Part shown: piece after piece, positions 41,694 to 53,226 of the stretch
How the letters are laid out: every line of letters begins with the position of its first letter
Position numbering within the stretch: position 1 is the first letter of the stretch
Origin: an uncultured delta proteobacterium
GTDB lineage: Bacteria; Desulfobacterota; Desulfuromonadia; Desulfuromonadales; JACZKF01
DNA length: 64,000 nt
Direction: 5' to 3'
Assembly (NCBI GenBank): GCA_963816395.1
Contig: CAWFKQ010000001.1
Location: 48,636-112,635 of the forward strand
Translations under genes and position numbers: made by a program
Notes under the pieces: generated by a model
What the model was told of the DNA's origin: nothing
What the model saw: the letters and a program-made list of their open reading frames with translations, nothing else
Database searches by the model: none

Positions 41694-42476
41694 CTACAGC
41701 CCTTCCAGAAATTCCACCAGCGCATCCTCGGCGTCCTCTTTCTCCGGCGCGACCATGGTGATCCCCCACTGGGCAAGGACGGCTTCCTGCACCGGATTGC
41801 TCTTTGGCGAGAAGAGCCACGAGCGCGGCCGCACGCCGGTCGATTCGAAACGGCGCCAGGCCTTGGCCAGCTTGTAGAAGAGCAGGCGCAGATTGATGTC
41901 CGAGAGGCTGTAGCCGATGAACAGGACGGAGCGGGCCAGGGCGTCGGCGCGCAGCTTGATATCCAGCGGGCTTTCGAACTCCAGCCGTTCGAAAAAGCTG
42001 GTCTCGTTTACCGTCAGGGACGATTCGTCGTCGAAATCGCCGTGATACTTGACGATCTGGGTGACCCCTTCGCGCACCTTCACCAGGTCGCGGACGGTGA
42101 CGATCTTGACGTAGGATCGTTGGTAATGGTCGAAGGCCTTCTCCAGCCAGCGGTCGTAGTTGGTGGTGTAGATGAGGGGAAAGTCGAGTTCGACGATCAG
42201 GCGGTGGGCGGGGGAGGTGGCCACGTCCCGGCCGGCATGCCAGGTCTCATCCATCCACTCGACCAGGGGGCGCAGGTTCCCCTGGCGCAGGCGGTAGAAT
42301 TCGGCGAGCGCCAGATAATGGCCGAGGCCGATGAACTGGTCGGGAGGAAAGCCGAGGTCCTCCCCCATCTTCCGCATCAGGTCCTCCCAGGACGGCAGCC
42401 CCAGGTTCATCGATACTCCGGCGCCGACGAAGAGGATGATCTCGCGGCTGCGCACCGCTTGCCGCAGGCGGTTCAC
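41694..42476 (-). CDS. stand-alone SIR2-like (SIR2_2) protein
   Basis: FVGAGVS, YTTNYD, KYHGD, LFIGYSLSD. Confidence 0.88.
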   Translation of the reverse strand: MNRLRQAVRSREIILFVGAGVSMNLGLPSWEDLMRKMGEDLGFPPDQFIGLGHYLALAEFYRLRQGNLRPLVEWMDETWHAGRDVATSPAHRLIVELDFPLIYTTNYDRWLEKAFDHYQRSYVKIVTVRDLVKVREGVTQIVKYHGDFDDESSLTVNETSFFERLEFESPLDIKLRADALARSVLFIGYSLSDINLRLLFYKLAKAWRRFESTGVRPRSWLFSPKSNPVQEAVLAQWGITMVAPEKEDAEDALVEFLEGL

Positions 42477-42725
42477 GTCGTCTCCTCCCGCATTCGTCTC
42501 ACTAAACAGTTATCACATCCCGCTCCGCATTCCACTGCGACCGCTGCTGGCAGACCGGGCAGATCGGGGGCGCCACTGCCAACCGCCGGGGGATCGGCTT
42601 CGCATACCCTTTTGCCGCCGTTTTCAGTATAATGTGCGCGCCAGTTGAATGATCTTCCGTATCGCGCCCGGCCGCCCCGATTCTTTATGCCGCCAGTCCC
42701 CCAGCCCGACTCCTGAGGATTAATC

Positions 42726-43451
42726 ATGGCCCTGCCCTGGAAAACGCTCGACCGATTCACCACCGAAGACGAGGGAATCCTCGAACTGCGCCAGCGCGGC
42801 GAGGGGGATTTCCTCATCACCCTCGGCCCCCAGGTGCTGATGAACAGTAAGGCGCAGCGCTCCGAAATCGCTCTCGGTAGACTCGGCTGCCGCGGGCTGC
42901 GGAGCCGGCCCAGCCCGCGGGTGCTGGTCGGCGGGCTGGGGATGGGGATCACCCTGCGGGCGGTGCTCGATACCCTGCCGGAAACCGCCCGGGTCATCGT
43001 CGCCGAGCTCAACCCCCGGATCCTCGAGTGGTGCCGCGGCCCGCTCGCCGAGCTGACCGGCGGGGCGGCCAGCGACCCGCGGGTCACGGTCGAGATCGCC
43101 GACGTTGCCGACCTGATCCGCCGCTCGGCCGGCGAAGGCTTCGACGCGATCATCCTCGACCTCTACCGCGGTCCGCACCCCCGGACCGATCGCCGCGACG
43201 ACCCGATCTACGGCAGCCGCGCCATCGGGCGCACCCGGGCTGCGCTCAAGCCCGGCGGGATCTTTGCGGTGTGGGGGGAAAACCCGGACGCCGGCTTCGA
43301 AGAGCGTCTGGCCGCCGGCGGCTTCACGGTGCGCTGCGAGAGACCCGGCAGGGGCGGGTACCGCCATGCCGTCTGGGTGGCCGAGAAGAAGGGCGCCGGG
43401 AAACCGGATGTCGAGCTGCCGAGGTCACGGGGAACGGGGCCGCGAAACTGA
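42726..43451 (+). CDS. spermidine synthase-like SAM-dependent protein
   Basis: VLVGGLGMG, AEL, FDAIILD. Confidence 0.82.
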   Translation: MALPWKTLDRFTTEDEGILELRQRGEGDFLITLGPQVLMNSKAQRSEIALGRLGCRGLRSRPSPRVLVGGLGMGITLRAVLDTLPETARVIVAELNPRILEWCRGPLAELTGGAASDPRVTVEIADVADLIRRSAGEGFDAIILDLYRGPHPRTDRRDDPIYGSRAIGRTRAALKPGGIFAVWGENPDAGFEERLAAGGFTVRCERPGRGGYRHAVWVAEKKGAGKPDVELPRSRGTGPRN

Positions 43452-43476
43452 CTGGAAGGAAGGCTGCCGGCCGCCC

Positions 43477-45063
43477 CTAGTGGCCGCCGGGCGGCGGCCG
43501 GGTTTTGACCCGTTTCAGCAGGAGGGTGAAGCCGATGCAGGCCAGGGCGATGATCGCCAGGGTGCGGAAGCTGCCCATGAAGGCCAGCAGCCGGGACTGC
43601 CGCTGCAGCCCTTCGTAGATCAGTCCCAGTGCCTTCTGGTGAGCGGCGGCCGGGTTGCTGTGGAGCGACAGGTAATGCTGCAGTTCCTGCAGGCGCTGCT
43701 GGTAGTCGGGATTTTCCGGGGTGATGTGGGCGGCCAGGAATGACTGGTGGGCCTGCGTCTGGCGGGCGATGAAGGTCTGGAAGAGGGAGATGCCGAAGCT
43801 GCCGCCGATGTTGCGCATCAGGTTGAAAACGCCGCTGGCGTTGCCCATTTCGCTCTGCGGCAGGGTCCCCATGGCCACCGCCGACAGCGGCACGAAAACC
43901 ATCGCCAGTCCCACGCCGGTGACGATGGAGGGCCAGGCGATCTCCCACATGGAGATCTCCAGGTTGAGTCCGCCGATCAGCCACATGGATACCGCGACCA
44001 GGAGAAATCCGCTGGCGATCAGCCGGCGGAAATCGATCACCCCGGTAAGATAGCCGACCACGGGCATTGTCATCAGGGCGCCGAGCCCGCGCGTCGCCAC
44101 CGCCACCCCGCTTTGCAGGGCGGTGTAGCCCATCAGGGTCTGCAGGAACAGCGGGATCAGGGTGATGGCGCTGTAGAGGACCACCCCCACCAGGGTGATG
44201 AGCAGGGTGCCGGCGGCGAAGTTGCGGTCGCGAAAGACCCGCAGGTTGACGATGGGATCTTCCGCCATCAGTTCCCGGAAAATGAACAGGATCAGGGACA
44301 GCGCGCTGATGACCGCGAACCAGCGGATCCAGGCGGCGGAAAACCAGTCGTCCTGCTGCCCCTTGTCGAGGATGATCTGCAGCGTCCCCAGCGTCAGGGC
44401 CATGAGGCCGAAGCCGATGCTGTCGATGTGCCCCGTCCGGGCTCGGCGGATGTAGGGCGGATCCTCGATGAAGGTCTGGATCATGAGGACCGCCAGCACC
44501 CCCACCGGGATGTTGATGTAGAACGCCCAGCGCCACGAATAGTTGTCGGTGAGCCAGCCGCCCAGGGTCGGCCCGACGATGGGGGCGACCACCACCCCCA
44601 GGCCGAAGGCGGCCATAGCCATGCCGCGCTTTTCGGGGGGGAAGCTCTCCAGGAGGATGGCCTGGGAGAGGGGCTGCAGGGCGCCGCCGCCGGCCCCCTG
44701 GATGATCCGGGCGACGACCAGCATGCCGAGCGAGACGGCCGCGCCGCTGAGGAAAGAGGCCAGGGTGAAGAGGGCGATGCAGGCGATGAGGAAGCGCTTG
44801 CGGCCGAAGTAGTTGGCAAGCCAGCCGCTGGCCGGCAGGATGATGGCGTTGGCGACCAGGTAGCTGGTGAGCACCCAGGAGGCCTCGTCGGTGCTCGCCG
44901 AGAGGCTGCCGGCGATGTGCGGCAGCGCCACCGAGGCGATGGTGGTGTCGAGGACCTCCATGAAGGTGGGGAGCATCACCGCGGCGGTGATCAGCCAGGG
45001 GTTGAAGCTCGGGGTCCAGTCCTTTGCTTCCGTGCCGGCGGCCGCCGGTTCCGTTTCGTTCAT
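43477..45063 (-). CDS. DHA2 (EmrB/QacA) MFS efflux transporter
   Basis: LDTTI, WVLTSY, GPTLGG, WRWAFYINIP; about 14 TM. Confidence 0.92.
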   Translation of the reverse strand: MNETEPAAAGTEAKDWTPSFNPWLITAAVMLPTFMEVLDTTIASVALPHIAGSLSASTDEASWVLTSYLVANAIILPASGWLANYFGRKRFLIACIALFTLASFLSGAAVSLGMLVVARIIQGAGGGALQPLSQAILLESFPPEKRGMAMAAFGLGVVVAPIVGPTLGGWLTDNYSWRWAFYINIPVGVLAVLMIQTFIEDPPYIRRARTGHIDSIGFGLMALTLGTLQIILDKGQQDDWFSAAWIRWFAVISALSLILFIFRELMAEDPIVNLRVFRDRNFAAGTLLITLVGVVLYSAITLIPLFLQTLMGYTALQSGVAVATRGLGALMTMPVVGYLTGVIDFRRLIASGFLLVAVSMWLIGGLNLEISMWEIAWPSIVTGVGLAMVFVPLSAVAMGTLPQSEMGNASGVFNLMRNIGGSFGISLFQTFIARQTQAHQSFLAAHITPENPDYQQRLQELQHYLSLHSNPAAAHQKALGLIYEGLQRQSRLLAFMGSFRTLAIIALACIGFTLLLKRVKTRPPPGGH

Positions 45064-45386
45064 GATTCTCACCGCCGGCTTGGCCGGCCTGACGATGGCA
45101 GCTCCGCGGCGTCTCACCACATTGCTTCCGGTCTTCGGCCCCCCTTGAGACCGTCTCCTACAACCCTATTGTAGCAGCGCGGCAAGGCAAGCCTCCGCCC
45201 CCATCGCCGCGGAGATTTCAGGCATCGCGGAGAAGGCAGGGGCGGGGACCCGGATCTTTTCTTGACGCCAATGGGATCCACAGGGAGAATGGGGCTGCCC
45301 CTGCATCACGGCAGGCCGTCATGGCCCAAAACGGCCGCGGAAAAACCGGGAAGTTGAGCTGCCCGGGCAATGGAGAGAGGGCTTTG

Positions 45387-45602
45387 ATGATGGAATTCGA
45401 CCTGGAAGGACGCGAGTTCGTCGAACTGAACAAACTGCTGAAGCTGACCGGACTCTGTCCCAGCGGCGGTTCCGCCAAAATGGCGATCGCCGAAGGGCGC
45501 GTCAGCGTCGACGGCCTCGTGGAACTGCGCAAGCGCTGCAAGATCCGCCCCGGCCAGGTCGTTGAATTCGAGGGGCAGCGGACCATTGTCGGTGGACAGT
45601 GA
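45387..45602 (+). CDS. S4-domain RNA-binding protein (YbcJ/YaaA-like)
   Basis: ELNKLLK...SGGSAK...VDG.VELRKRCKI. Confidence 0.9.
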   Translation: MMEFDLEGREFVELNKLLKLTGLCPSGGSAKMAIAEGRVSVDGLVELRKRCKIRPGQVVEFEGQRTIVGGQ

Positions 45603-45686
45603 CAACAATTGCACCTGCCCCGGCGCTCGTTCTTTTCAGCGGGTATTCGCCCCGGCGGCCCCGCTTTTCCCGAACCAGGAATCTCC

Positions 45687-46055
45687 ATGGCGGCACTGAA
45701 ACGACGCACCGGCCGTGACTTCCCCTGCTCCGGGGACGTCTGGCCCACCATCGAGAGTTGGGCCGCGCAAGCCGGCTTCGTCGAGCGGGAGAAAACGGCG
45801 AACGGGCGGCTCTATCGCAAGGCGGGACGACTCCTCATGGCGCCGGCGTTCCTGGAGGTCCGGGCCGAGGGTGGCAGAGTCACCCTGGAGGCCTGGATAA
45901 AAGCCGACCCCCTGCTGATCCTGAGCATTCTCTCCGGGCAGAAACCGGAAATGGCCATCGACTCCGGGGGGATAACCGCCGCGGTCCCCCGCAAGAGGGC
46001 GCGCGAGGCAGTCAATCAACTCCTCAAGCGGCTGAGCCAGCAACCGATCACCTGA
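45687..46055 (+). CDS. hypothetical protein
   Basis: RBS AGGA; GC3-rich codon usage. Confidence 0.65.
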   Translation: MAALKRRTGRDFPCSGDVWPTIESWAAQAGFVEREKTANGRLYRKAGRLLMAPAFLEVRAEGGRVTLEAWIKADPLLILSILSGQKPEMAIDSGGITAAVPRKRAREAVNQLLKRLSQQPIT

Positions 46056-46290
46056 TCCTTTTCTCCTCGGATATTCGCCCATCGCCTGCGTAAAGTTCGC
46101 CATACTCTACCCTCTTCGGCCCCGCGGAACCAGATGCCGGAGGGGAAGGACAAGGGTGTAAGATCGCGATTTGCTGGATTAAGGTTTTGATTGAGCATAA
46201 GTTGCCGGCAGCGCTGCTGTGGTCGGCGGCGGGAGGATTCCGGGATATCGCGTTCCGGTTGGCATGGGAAGAAGTAAAAGGGGGGCCGGT

Positions 46291-47730
46291 TTGAAGAGGA
46301 AAATTTATCTGCTGGATGGGTCCGGCTACATCTACCGGGCCTATTTCGGCGTCCGCGAGCTCGCCACTTCGGGCGGTCTGCGGACGAATGCGATCTACGG
46401 CTTCACCACCATGCTGCTGCGGCTCCTTCGGGAGGAGCGGCCGGAGCAGCTGGCGGTGATTTTCGATCCGCCCCGCGGCGAGACGTTCCGCTCGCGGCTC
46501 TATCCGGAGTACAAGGCCCACCGGGCGGCGATGCCGGACGACCTCGTGGCCCAGGTCCCCTACATCAGGCAGATGGTCCGGGCACTGAACATCCCGGCCC
46601 TGGAAATCCCCGGCTACGAAGCCGACGACGTGATCGCCACGGTCGCCCGCCGACAGGCCGACGAGGGGATGGAGGTCACCGTGGTCACCGGCGACAAGGA
46701 CCTGATGCAGATCGTCGGCGAGCGGATCAGCCTGCTCGACACCATGAAGGAAAAGCGCTGCGGTCCGCCGGAGGTCCTCCAGCGCTTCGGGGTGCCCCCC
46801 GAGCGCGTGACGGACATCCTCGGCCTGGCCGGCGATGCCTCCGACAACATCCCCGGCGTCCCCGGGATCGGCGAGAAGACCGCCGCCGAGCTGGTGCAGC
46901 GCTTCGGCAGCCTCGAGGATGTCCTCAAATGGGGGCACCTGGTCAACGGCCGCAAGCGGCGGGAGGCGCTGCGGACCTACGCCGATCAGGCCCGCCTGTC
47001 GAAGGTGCTGGCCACCGTCCGCGACGACGTCCCCCTGGAGATCGCCTTCGATGACCTGACACCGGGGCCGCCGGACCACGCGGCACTGCTCCCCCTCCTG
47101 CGGGAGCTGGAGTTCGACGCCCTGATCCTGCAGTTCACGCCGCCGCAACCGGGGGTGGTGGAGATCTACTGCGACGGGTCGGGAGACATCAACCGGGGCC
47201 CCGGCGGCTACGGGGCGGTCCTTCGCTATGGCGCGGTGGAAAAGGAGCTGTCCGGCTTCGAGACAAGCAGCACCAGCCAGCGCATGGAGCTGCTGGCGGC
47301 GATTCATGCCCTCGAATCGCTGACCAAGCCATGCCGGGCGCATGTGGTGAGCGACTCGCTCTATCTGATCAAGGGGATGACCGAGTGGCTGGAGGGGTGG
47401 ATCCGGCAGGGTAAGCTGGAGGCCGAAGGGGCGCTGGCGAACCAGGATCTCTGGTGTCGGCTGCTCGCCCTCTCCCGGCAGCAGACCGTCACCTGGGAAT
47501 GGGTGCGCGGCCATAACGGCCACCCCTTCAACGGCCGGGCCGACGAACTGGCCGGCAAGGCCTTGCAGCAGGGGCGGGCGGCCGTTGCCCCGCCGCTTCC
47601 CGCCGCCGTTCCCGAGGCGCCGCCGGTTGCCGCGTCGCCCCCTCCGGCGCCGGCCCGGACCGCGCCGCCGGCGGAAGTGCCCCCGATTCCCCTCGAGTGC
47701 GAAGAGGACGGGCAGTTCCGCTTCAGCTGA
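46291..47730 (+). CDS. 5'-3' exonuclease (Pol I N-terminal type) fused to ribonuclease HI
   Basis: LLDG, YKAHR, EADD, TGDKD, GDASDNIPGVPGIGEKTA; then YCDGS, RMEL, SDS, WVRGH..H..N.RAD. Confidence 0.9.
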   Translation: MKRKIYLLDGSGYIYRAYFGVRELATSGGLRTNAIYGFTTMLLRLLREERPEQLAVIFDPPRGETFRSRLYPEYKAHRAAMPDDLVAQVPYIRQMVRALNIPALEIPGYEADDVIATVARRQADEGMEVTVVTGDKDLMQIVGERISLLDTMKEKRCGPPEVLQRFGVPPERVTDILGLAGDASDNIPGVPGIGEKTAAELVQRFGSLEDVLKWGHLVNGRKRREALRTYADQARLSKVLATVRDDVPLEIAFDDLTPGPPDHAALLPLLRELEFDALILQFTPPQPGVVEIYCDGSGDINRGPGGYGAVLRYGAVEKELSGFETSSTSQRMELLAAIHALESLTKPCRAHVVSDSLYLIKGMTEWLEGWIRQGKLEAEGALANQDLWCRLLALSRQQTVTWEWVRGHNGHPFNGRADELAGKALQQGRAAVAPPLPAAVPEAPPVAASPPPAPARTAPPAEVPPIPLECEEDGQFRFS

Positions 47731-47906
47731 CCCGATCCCCCCGGCCGACCAATAGGGGCTGTGAACCCGAGAGGATTCAGCAGCGGATGCCTCTTTGCTG
47801 TTCCGCTACCGCGAAAACCCCCTCGGCATTGACAATGGACGCCAGGATGTTTATTTTTCAGGTTTGTTGACGACAAATTCAATTCTCTCCCGGAGGTAGC
47901 AGACCC

Positions 47907-49811
<1,905 letters not shown>

Positions 49812-49836
49812 TACCGGCTGAAAAAGAGAAAGAAGA

Positions 49837-49877
49837 AGGGGCACTTCCCGATTCGGGAAGTGCCCCTCTCTTTTTTC
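49837..49877 (+). terminator. intrinsic terminator after htpG
   Basis: GGGGCACTTCCC / GGGAAGTGCCCC hairpin plus T run. Confidence 0.8.
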
Positions 49878-49991
49878 AGCCCTGGCACTCAGTACGGATG
49901 AATGCCGACCGGGCCGGGTAGCACCCCCAAGTTGACATCCCCCCGGCCGCATCTAAAGTAGCCGCAGGGACTCCTTTCGTCGGGGGAGCGG

Positions 49992-52277
49992 ATGCTTCTG
50001 ATCATTCTTCTCGGCGGCCTGCTGCTGGCGCTGGTCGGCCCATTGCTGCACCGTCTCCGCGAGGGGCTGGTCCTGTGGGTCTTCAGCCTATTCACGGCGG
50101 CGACTTTCGCCTGGCTGGTCTGGGTGACGGGGGATGTGGCGTCCGGCCATATCCTGACCGCCTCCATTCCCTGGGTGCCGGCGCTCGGAGTGAGACTCGC
50201 CTTTTTTCTCGACGGGCTCTCCCTGCTCTTCGCCCTGCTGACCACCGGCATCGGGGTTCTTGTTCTCCTCTATTCCTCCGCCTACCTGCACGGGAACCGC
50301 TACCGCGACCGTTTCTTCGGCTACATATTTCTCTTCATGATCTCCATGCTGGGGATCCTCTTCGCAGCGGACCTGATCAGCCTGGTCGTCTTCTGGGAGA
50401 TGACGACATTCGCCTCCTACCTGCTTATCGGCTTCGAGCACGAGCACGAGACGTCCCGCCGCTGGGCGCTGCAGGCGCTGCTGGTGACCGGGGCCGGGGG
50501 GCTGGCGCTGCTGGCGGGGGTGCTTCTCCTCGGCGGGGTCGCCGGCACCCGCGATCTTATGGAACTGCTGGCCCACGGCGCGGCGGTGCGCAGCCATCCC
50601 TTGTACGTCCCGACGCTGCTGCTGGTGCTTCTTGGCGCTTTTACCAAATCCGCTCACTTCCCCTTTCACTTCTGGCTCCCCTCCGCCATGATCGCGCCGA
50701 CGCCGGTGAGCGCCTATCTCCATTCGGCGGCGATGGTCCAGGCCGGGGTCTACCTGCTCGCCCGTCTCCTGCCGGTGCTCGGCGGCACCGATGTCTGGCT
50801 CTGGGCCGTCGGCCTGGGGGGCGGGGTGACGATGCTGGCCGGTGCCTTCCTGAGCGTCTGCCAGCAGGAATTGAAATACCTGCTCGCCTATGCGACGATC
50901 ACCGCCCTCGGCCTCATGACCCTGATGCTCGGGCTCGGGACCGCAACCGCGGTGAAGGCGATGGTCGTCTTCCTGCTCGTGCATTCGCTATACAAGTCCG
51001 CGCTTTTCATGGTCGCCGGCGCCGTCGGAAAGGGGGCCGGCACCCGGGAAATCCCCCGCCTGGGCGGCCTCTGGCGTTTCATGCCCGGGACCGCCATCAC
51101 CGGGGTGCTGGCGGCGCTCGCCATGGCCGGGCTGCCGCCGGTTCTGGGGTACATGGCCAAGTCCCTTCTTTACCGCGCCGAATTTCATGCCGAGGCCGCC
51201 CCCCCCTGGCTGCCGGCCGTCGGCGCGCTGGGAAACGGACTGCTGGTCACGGCGGCGGCGGTCTTCGCGATCGGGGTCTTCTTCGGCCGGCGCAAAACGG
51301 AAGATAGGCCGAAGCGGGTCTCTTTTTTTCTGGTGGGGGCGCCGTTTCCCCTGGCGGTCGCCGGGGTGGTCCTCGGCCTCTTCCCCGATCTCGTCGATAC
51401 CCCCCTGCTCACCCCGGCGGCGGCGGCCGTCCACGCTCTGGAGAAACCGATCGAGCTCAAGCTGTGGCACGGGGTCAATCCGGTATTCCTGGTCGGCGCC
51501 GGCAGCATCCTCTTCGGCCTGGCCGCCTATGCCGTCCGGGAGACGGTTCCCTGGCAGCGCCTCGGCCGGTTTCCCGCCTGGGGGCCGGAGCGCCTGTTCC
51601 ACCTCGGCCTGAATCTCACCGAGCGTCTTGCCGCATTTTTCGCCCGGCATACGCAGGCGGCGCGGCTTCGATCGCATCTGGCCGTCGCCATCGCGGCGGC
51701 GGCGGTCCTGGCCGGCCTGGGGCTGGCGGTGGCCACGGGCGTTGAATTCCTCGGGGGGGAAATAAACGCCTACCAGGTCATCCCCCCCACTTTGGCGCTG
51801 GCGGGGGCGGCGCTGGCGGCGGCGGCCGGCTCGATGCTGACCGCGGTACTGGCGCTGGGGACGGTCGGCTACGCCATCGCCTTCATCTATCTTCTTTACG
51901 GTGCTCCCGACCTGGCAATGACGCAGTTCGGCGTGGAAACCCTGTCGGTGATCCTCTTCGTTCTCGTCCTCTCCCGCATGCCGCCGGCCAAACGGCTGTC
52001 GAGCCGCCTCTGCCGCGTCCGGGATGCCGGCCTGTCGGCGGCCTTCGGGGTGGTGATCGGCTGGCTGCTGCTGGCGGCCACGGCCGCGCCGCCGCCTGCC
52101 CGGATCAGCCCCTTCTTCCTCGAGAAGAGCCTGCCCGCAGCCCACGGGCGCAACGTGGTCAACACTATTCTGGTCGATTTCCGCAGCCTGGACACCCTGG
52201 GGGAGATCACCGTGCTGGCCGCCGCGGCGATCGGGATTTTCGCCGTGCTCCGGCCGCGGCGGAGAGGGGAGGGGTGA
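49992..52277 (+). CDS. mrpA: Mrp Na+/H+ antiporter subunit A
   Basis: [48 protein letters not shown]. Confidence 0.93.
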   Translation: MLLIILLGGLLLALVGPLLHRLREGLVLWVFSLFTAATFAWLVWVTGDVASGHILTASIPWVPALGVRLAFFLDGLSLLFALLTTGIGVLVLLYSSAYLHGNRYRDRFFGYIFLFMISMLGILFAADLISLVVFWEMTTFASYLLIGFEHEHETSRRWALQALLVTGAGGLALLAGVLLLGGVAGTRDLMELLAHGAAVRSHPLYVPTLLLVLLGAFTKSAHFPFHFWLPSAMIAPTPVSAYLHSAAMVQAGVYLLARLLPVLGGTDVWLWAVGLGGGVTMLAGAFLSVCQQELKYLLAYATITALGLMTLMLGLGTATAVKAMVVFLLVHSLYKSALFMVAGAVGKGAGTREIPRLGGLWRFMPGTAITGVLAALAMAGLPPVLGYMAKSLLYRAEFHAEAAPPWLPAVGALGNGLLVTAAAVFAIGVFFGRRKTEDRPKRVSFFLVGAPFPLAVAGVVLGLFPDLVDTPLLTPAAAAVHALEKPIELKLWHGVNPVFLVGAGSILFGLAAYAVRETVPWQRLGRFPAWGPERLFHLGLNLTERLAAFFARHTQAARLRSHLAVAIAAAAVLAGLGLAVATGVEFLGGEINAYQVIPPTLALAGAALAAAAGSMLTAVLALGTVGYAIAFIYLLYGAPDLAMTQFGVETLSVILFVLVLSRMPPAKRLSSRLCRVRDAGLSAAFGVVIGWLLLAATAAPPPARISPFFLEKSLPAAHGRNVVNTILVDFRSLDTLGEITVLAAAAIGIFAVLRPRRRGEG

Positions 52278-52687
52278 TGCGGCCATCGCTCTTGCTGGTG
52301 ACGGCGACGCGGCTTCTGCTGCCCCTTCTCCTGCTCTTCTCCCTCCTGCTGCTCTTTCGCGGGCACGACGCGCCGGGGGGCGGCTTCGTCGGGGGGGTGG
52401 TGGCGGCCGCCGCCCTGTCCCTGCACGCCCTGGCCTTCGGTGCCGGCCAGACGCGGCAGCTCTTCCGGGTGCCGCCGGTCGACATCGTGGCCATGGGATT
52501 GCTGGTCGCGCTGGGCAGTTCCCTGGCCGCGCCGGCCGCCGGGCGTCCCTGGTTTGCCGGGATGTGGAGCGGCCTGAAGGTGCCGGGAGTGGGGGAGCTG
52601 GGCACTCCCCTGCTCTTCGATATCGGCATCTACCTGGTGGTGGTCGGGGGGGTGCTGTTGATGTTCTTCCCCCTCATGGAGGAATGA
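52274..52687 (+). CDS. mrpB: Mrp subunit B
   Basis: [17 protein letters not shown]. Confidence 0.92.
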   Translation: MMRPSLLLVTATRLLLPLLLLFSLLLLFRGHDAPGGGFVGGVVAAAALSLHALAFGAGQTRQLFRVPPVDIVAMGLLVALGSSLAAPAAGRPWFAGMWSGLKVPGVGELGTPLLFDIGIYLVVVGGVLLMFFPLMEE

Positions 52688-52692
52688 CCGTT

Positions 52693-52812
52693 CGGCCGAG
52701 GAAAAACGCCCATCTGCGGCGTTGCCCTCGTCCTTCGGCAACGACGTACCTGAAGGTACGCCTTTTGCCTCAAGATTTCGGCGCCTTGCATCTGGACATT
52801 TTTGCCCAGCCG
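52693..52812. repeat. ~120-bp MITE/REP-like element with terminal inverted repeats
   Basis: CGGCCGAGGAAAAACGCCCATCTGC vs GCATCTGGACATTTTTGCCCAGCCG; half copy at 59923-59965. Confidence 0.75.
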
Positions 52813-52845
52813 GAAACTGAGGCGCTCATCGCCCTGGCGAGGGAA

Positions 52846-53226
52846 ATGAAGATGGAAACCGTCTTGGCCGCCACCGTCGGCACGCTCTTCGCCTGTGGCT
52901 TCTACCTGCTGCTGCGGCGCAGCCTGGTGCGGGTCGTCCTCGGCCTGGCCGTGCTCAGCCAGGGGGTAAACCTCCTCCTCTTCACGGCCGGGCGCCCGGT
53001 GGCGGGCCGTCCTCCTCTGGTCCCGCCCGGGAACGTGGTGCCGCCGGCGCCGGTTTCCGACCCTTTGCCGCAGGCCCTGATCCTCACCGCCATCGTCATC
53101 GGCTTCGCCCTGCAGGCCTTCGCCCTGGTCCTGCTGCGGCGCACGGGGGAAGCGACCGGGACCGACGACGTGGACCGCCTGCCGGCGTCGGATTCCGCAT
53201 CCGGCCCGGAGGAGGCGGGACGATGA
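52846..53226 (+). CDS. mrpC: Mrp subunit C
   Basis: DPLPQALILTAIVIGF. Confidence 0.93.
   Translation: MKMETVLAATVGTLFACGFYLLLRRSLVRVVLGLAVLSQGVNLLLFTAGRPVAGRPPLVPPGNVVPPAPVSDPLPQALILTAIVIGFALQAFALVLLRRTGEATGTDDVDRLPASDSASGPEEAGR

Noticed and set aside
47735..47900. CIRCE, sigma32 promoter or riboswitch upstream of htpG
   Set aside because: No TTAGCACTC-N9-GAGTGCTAA or CCCCAT box; only a weak TTGACA-17-TATTTT.
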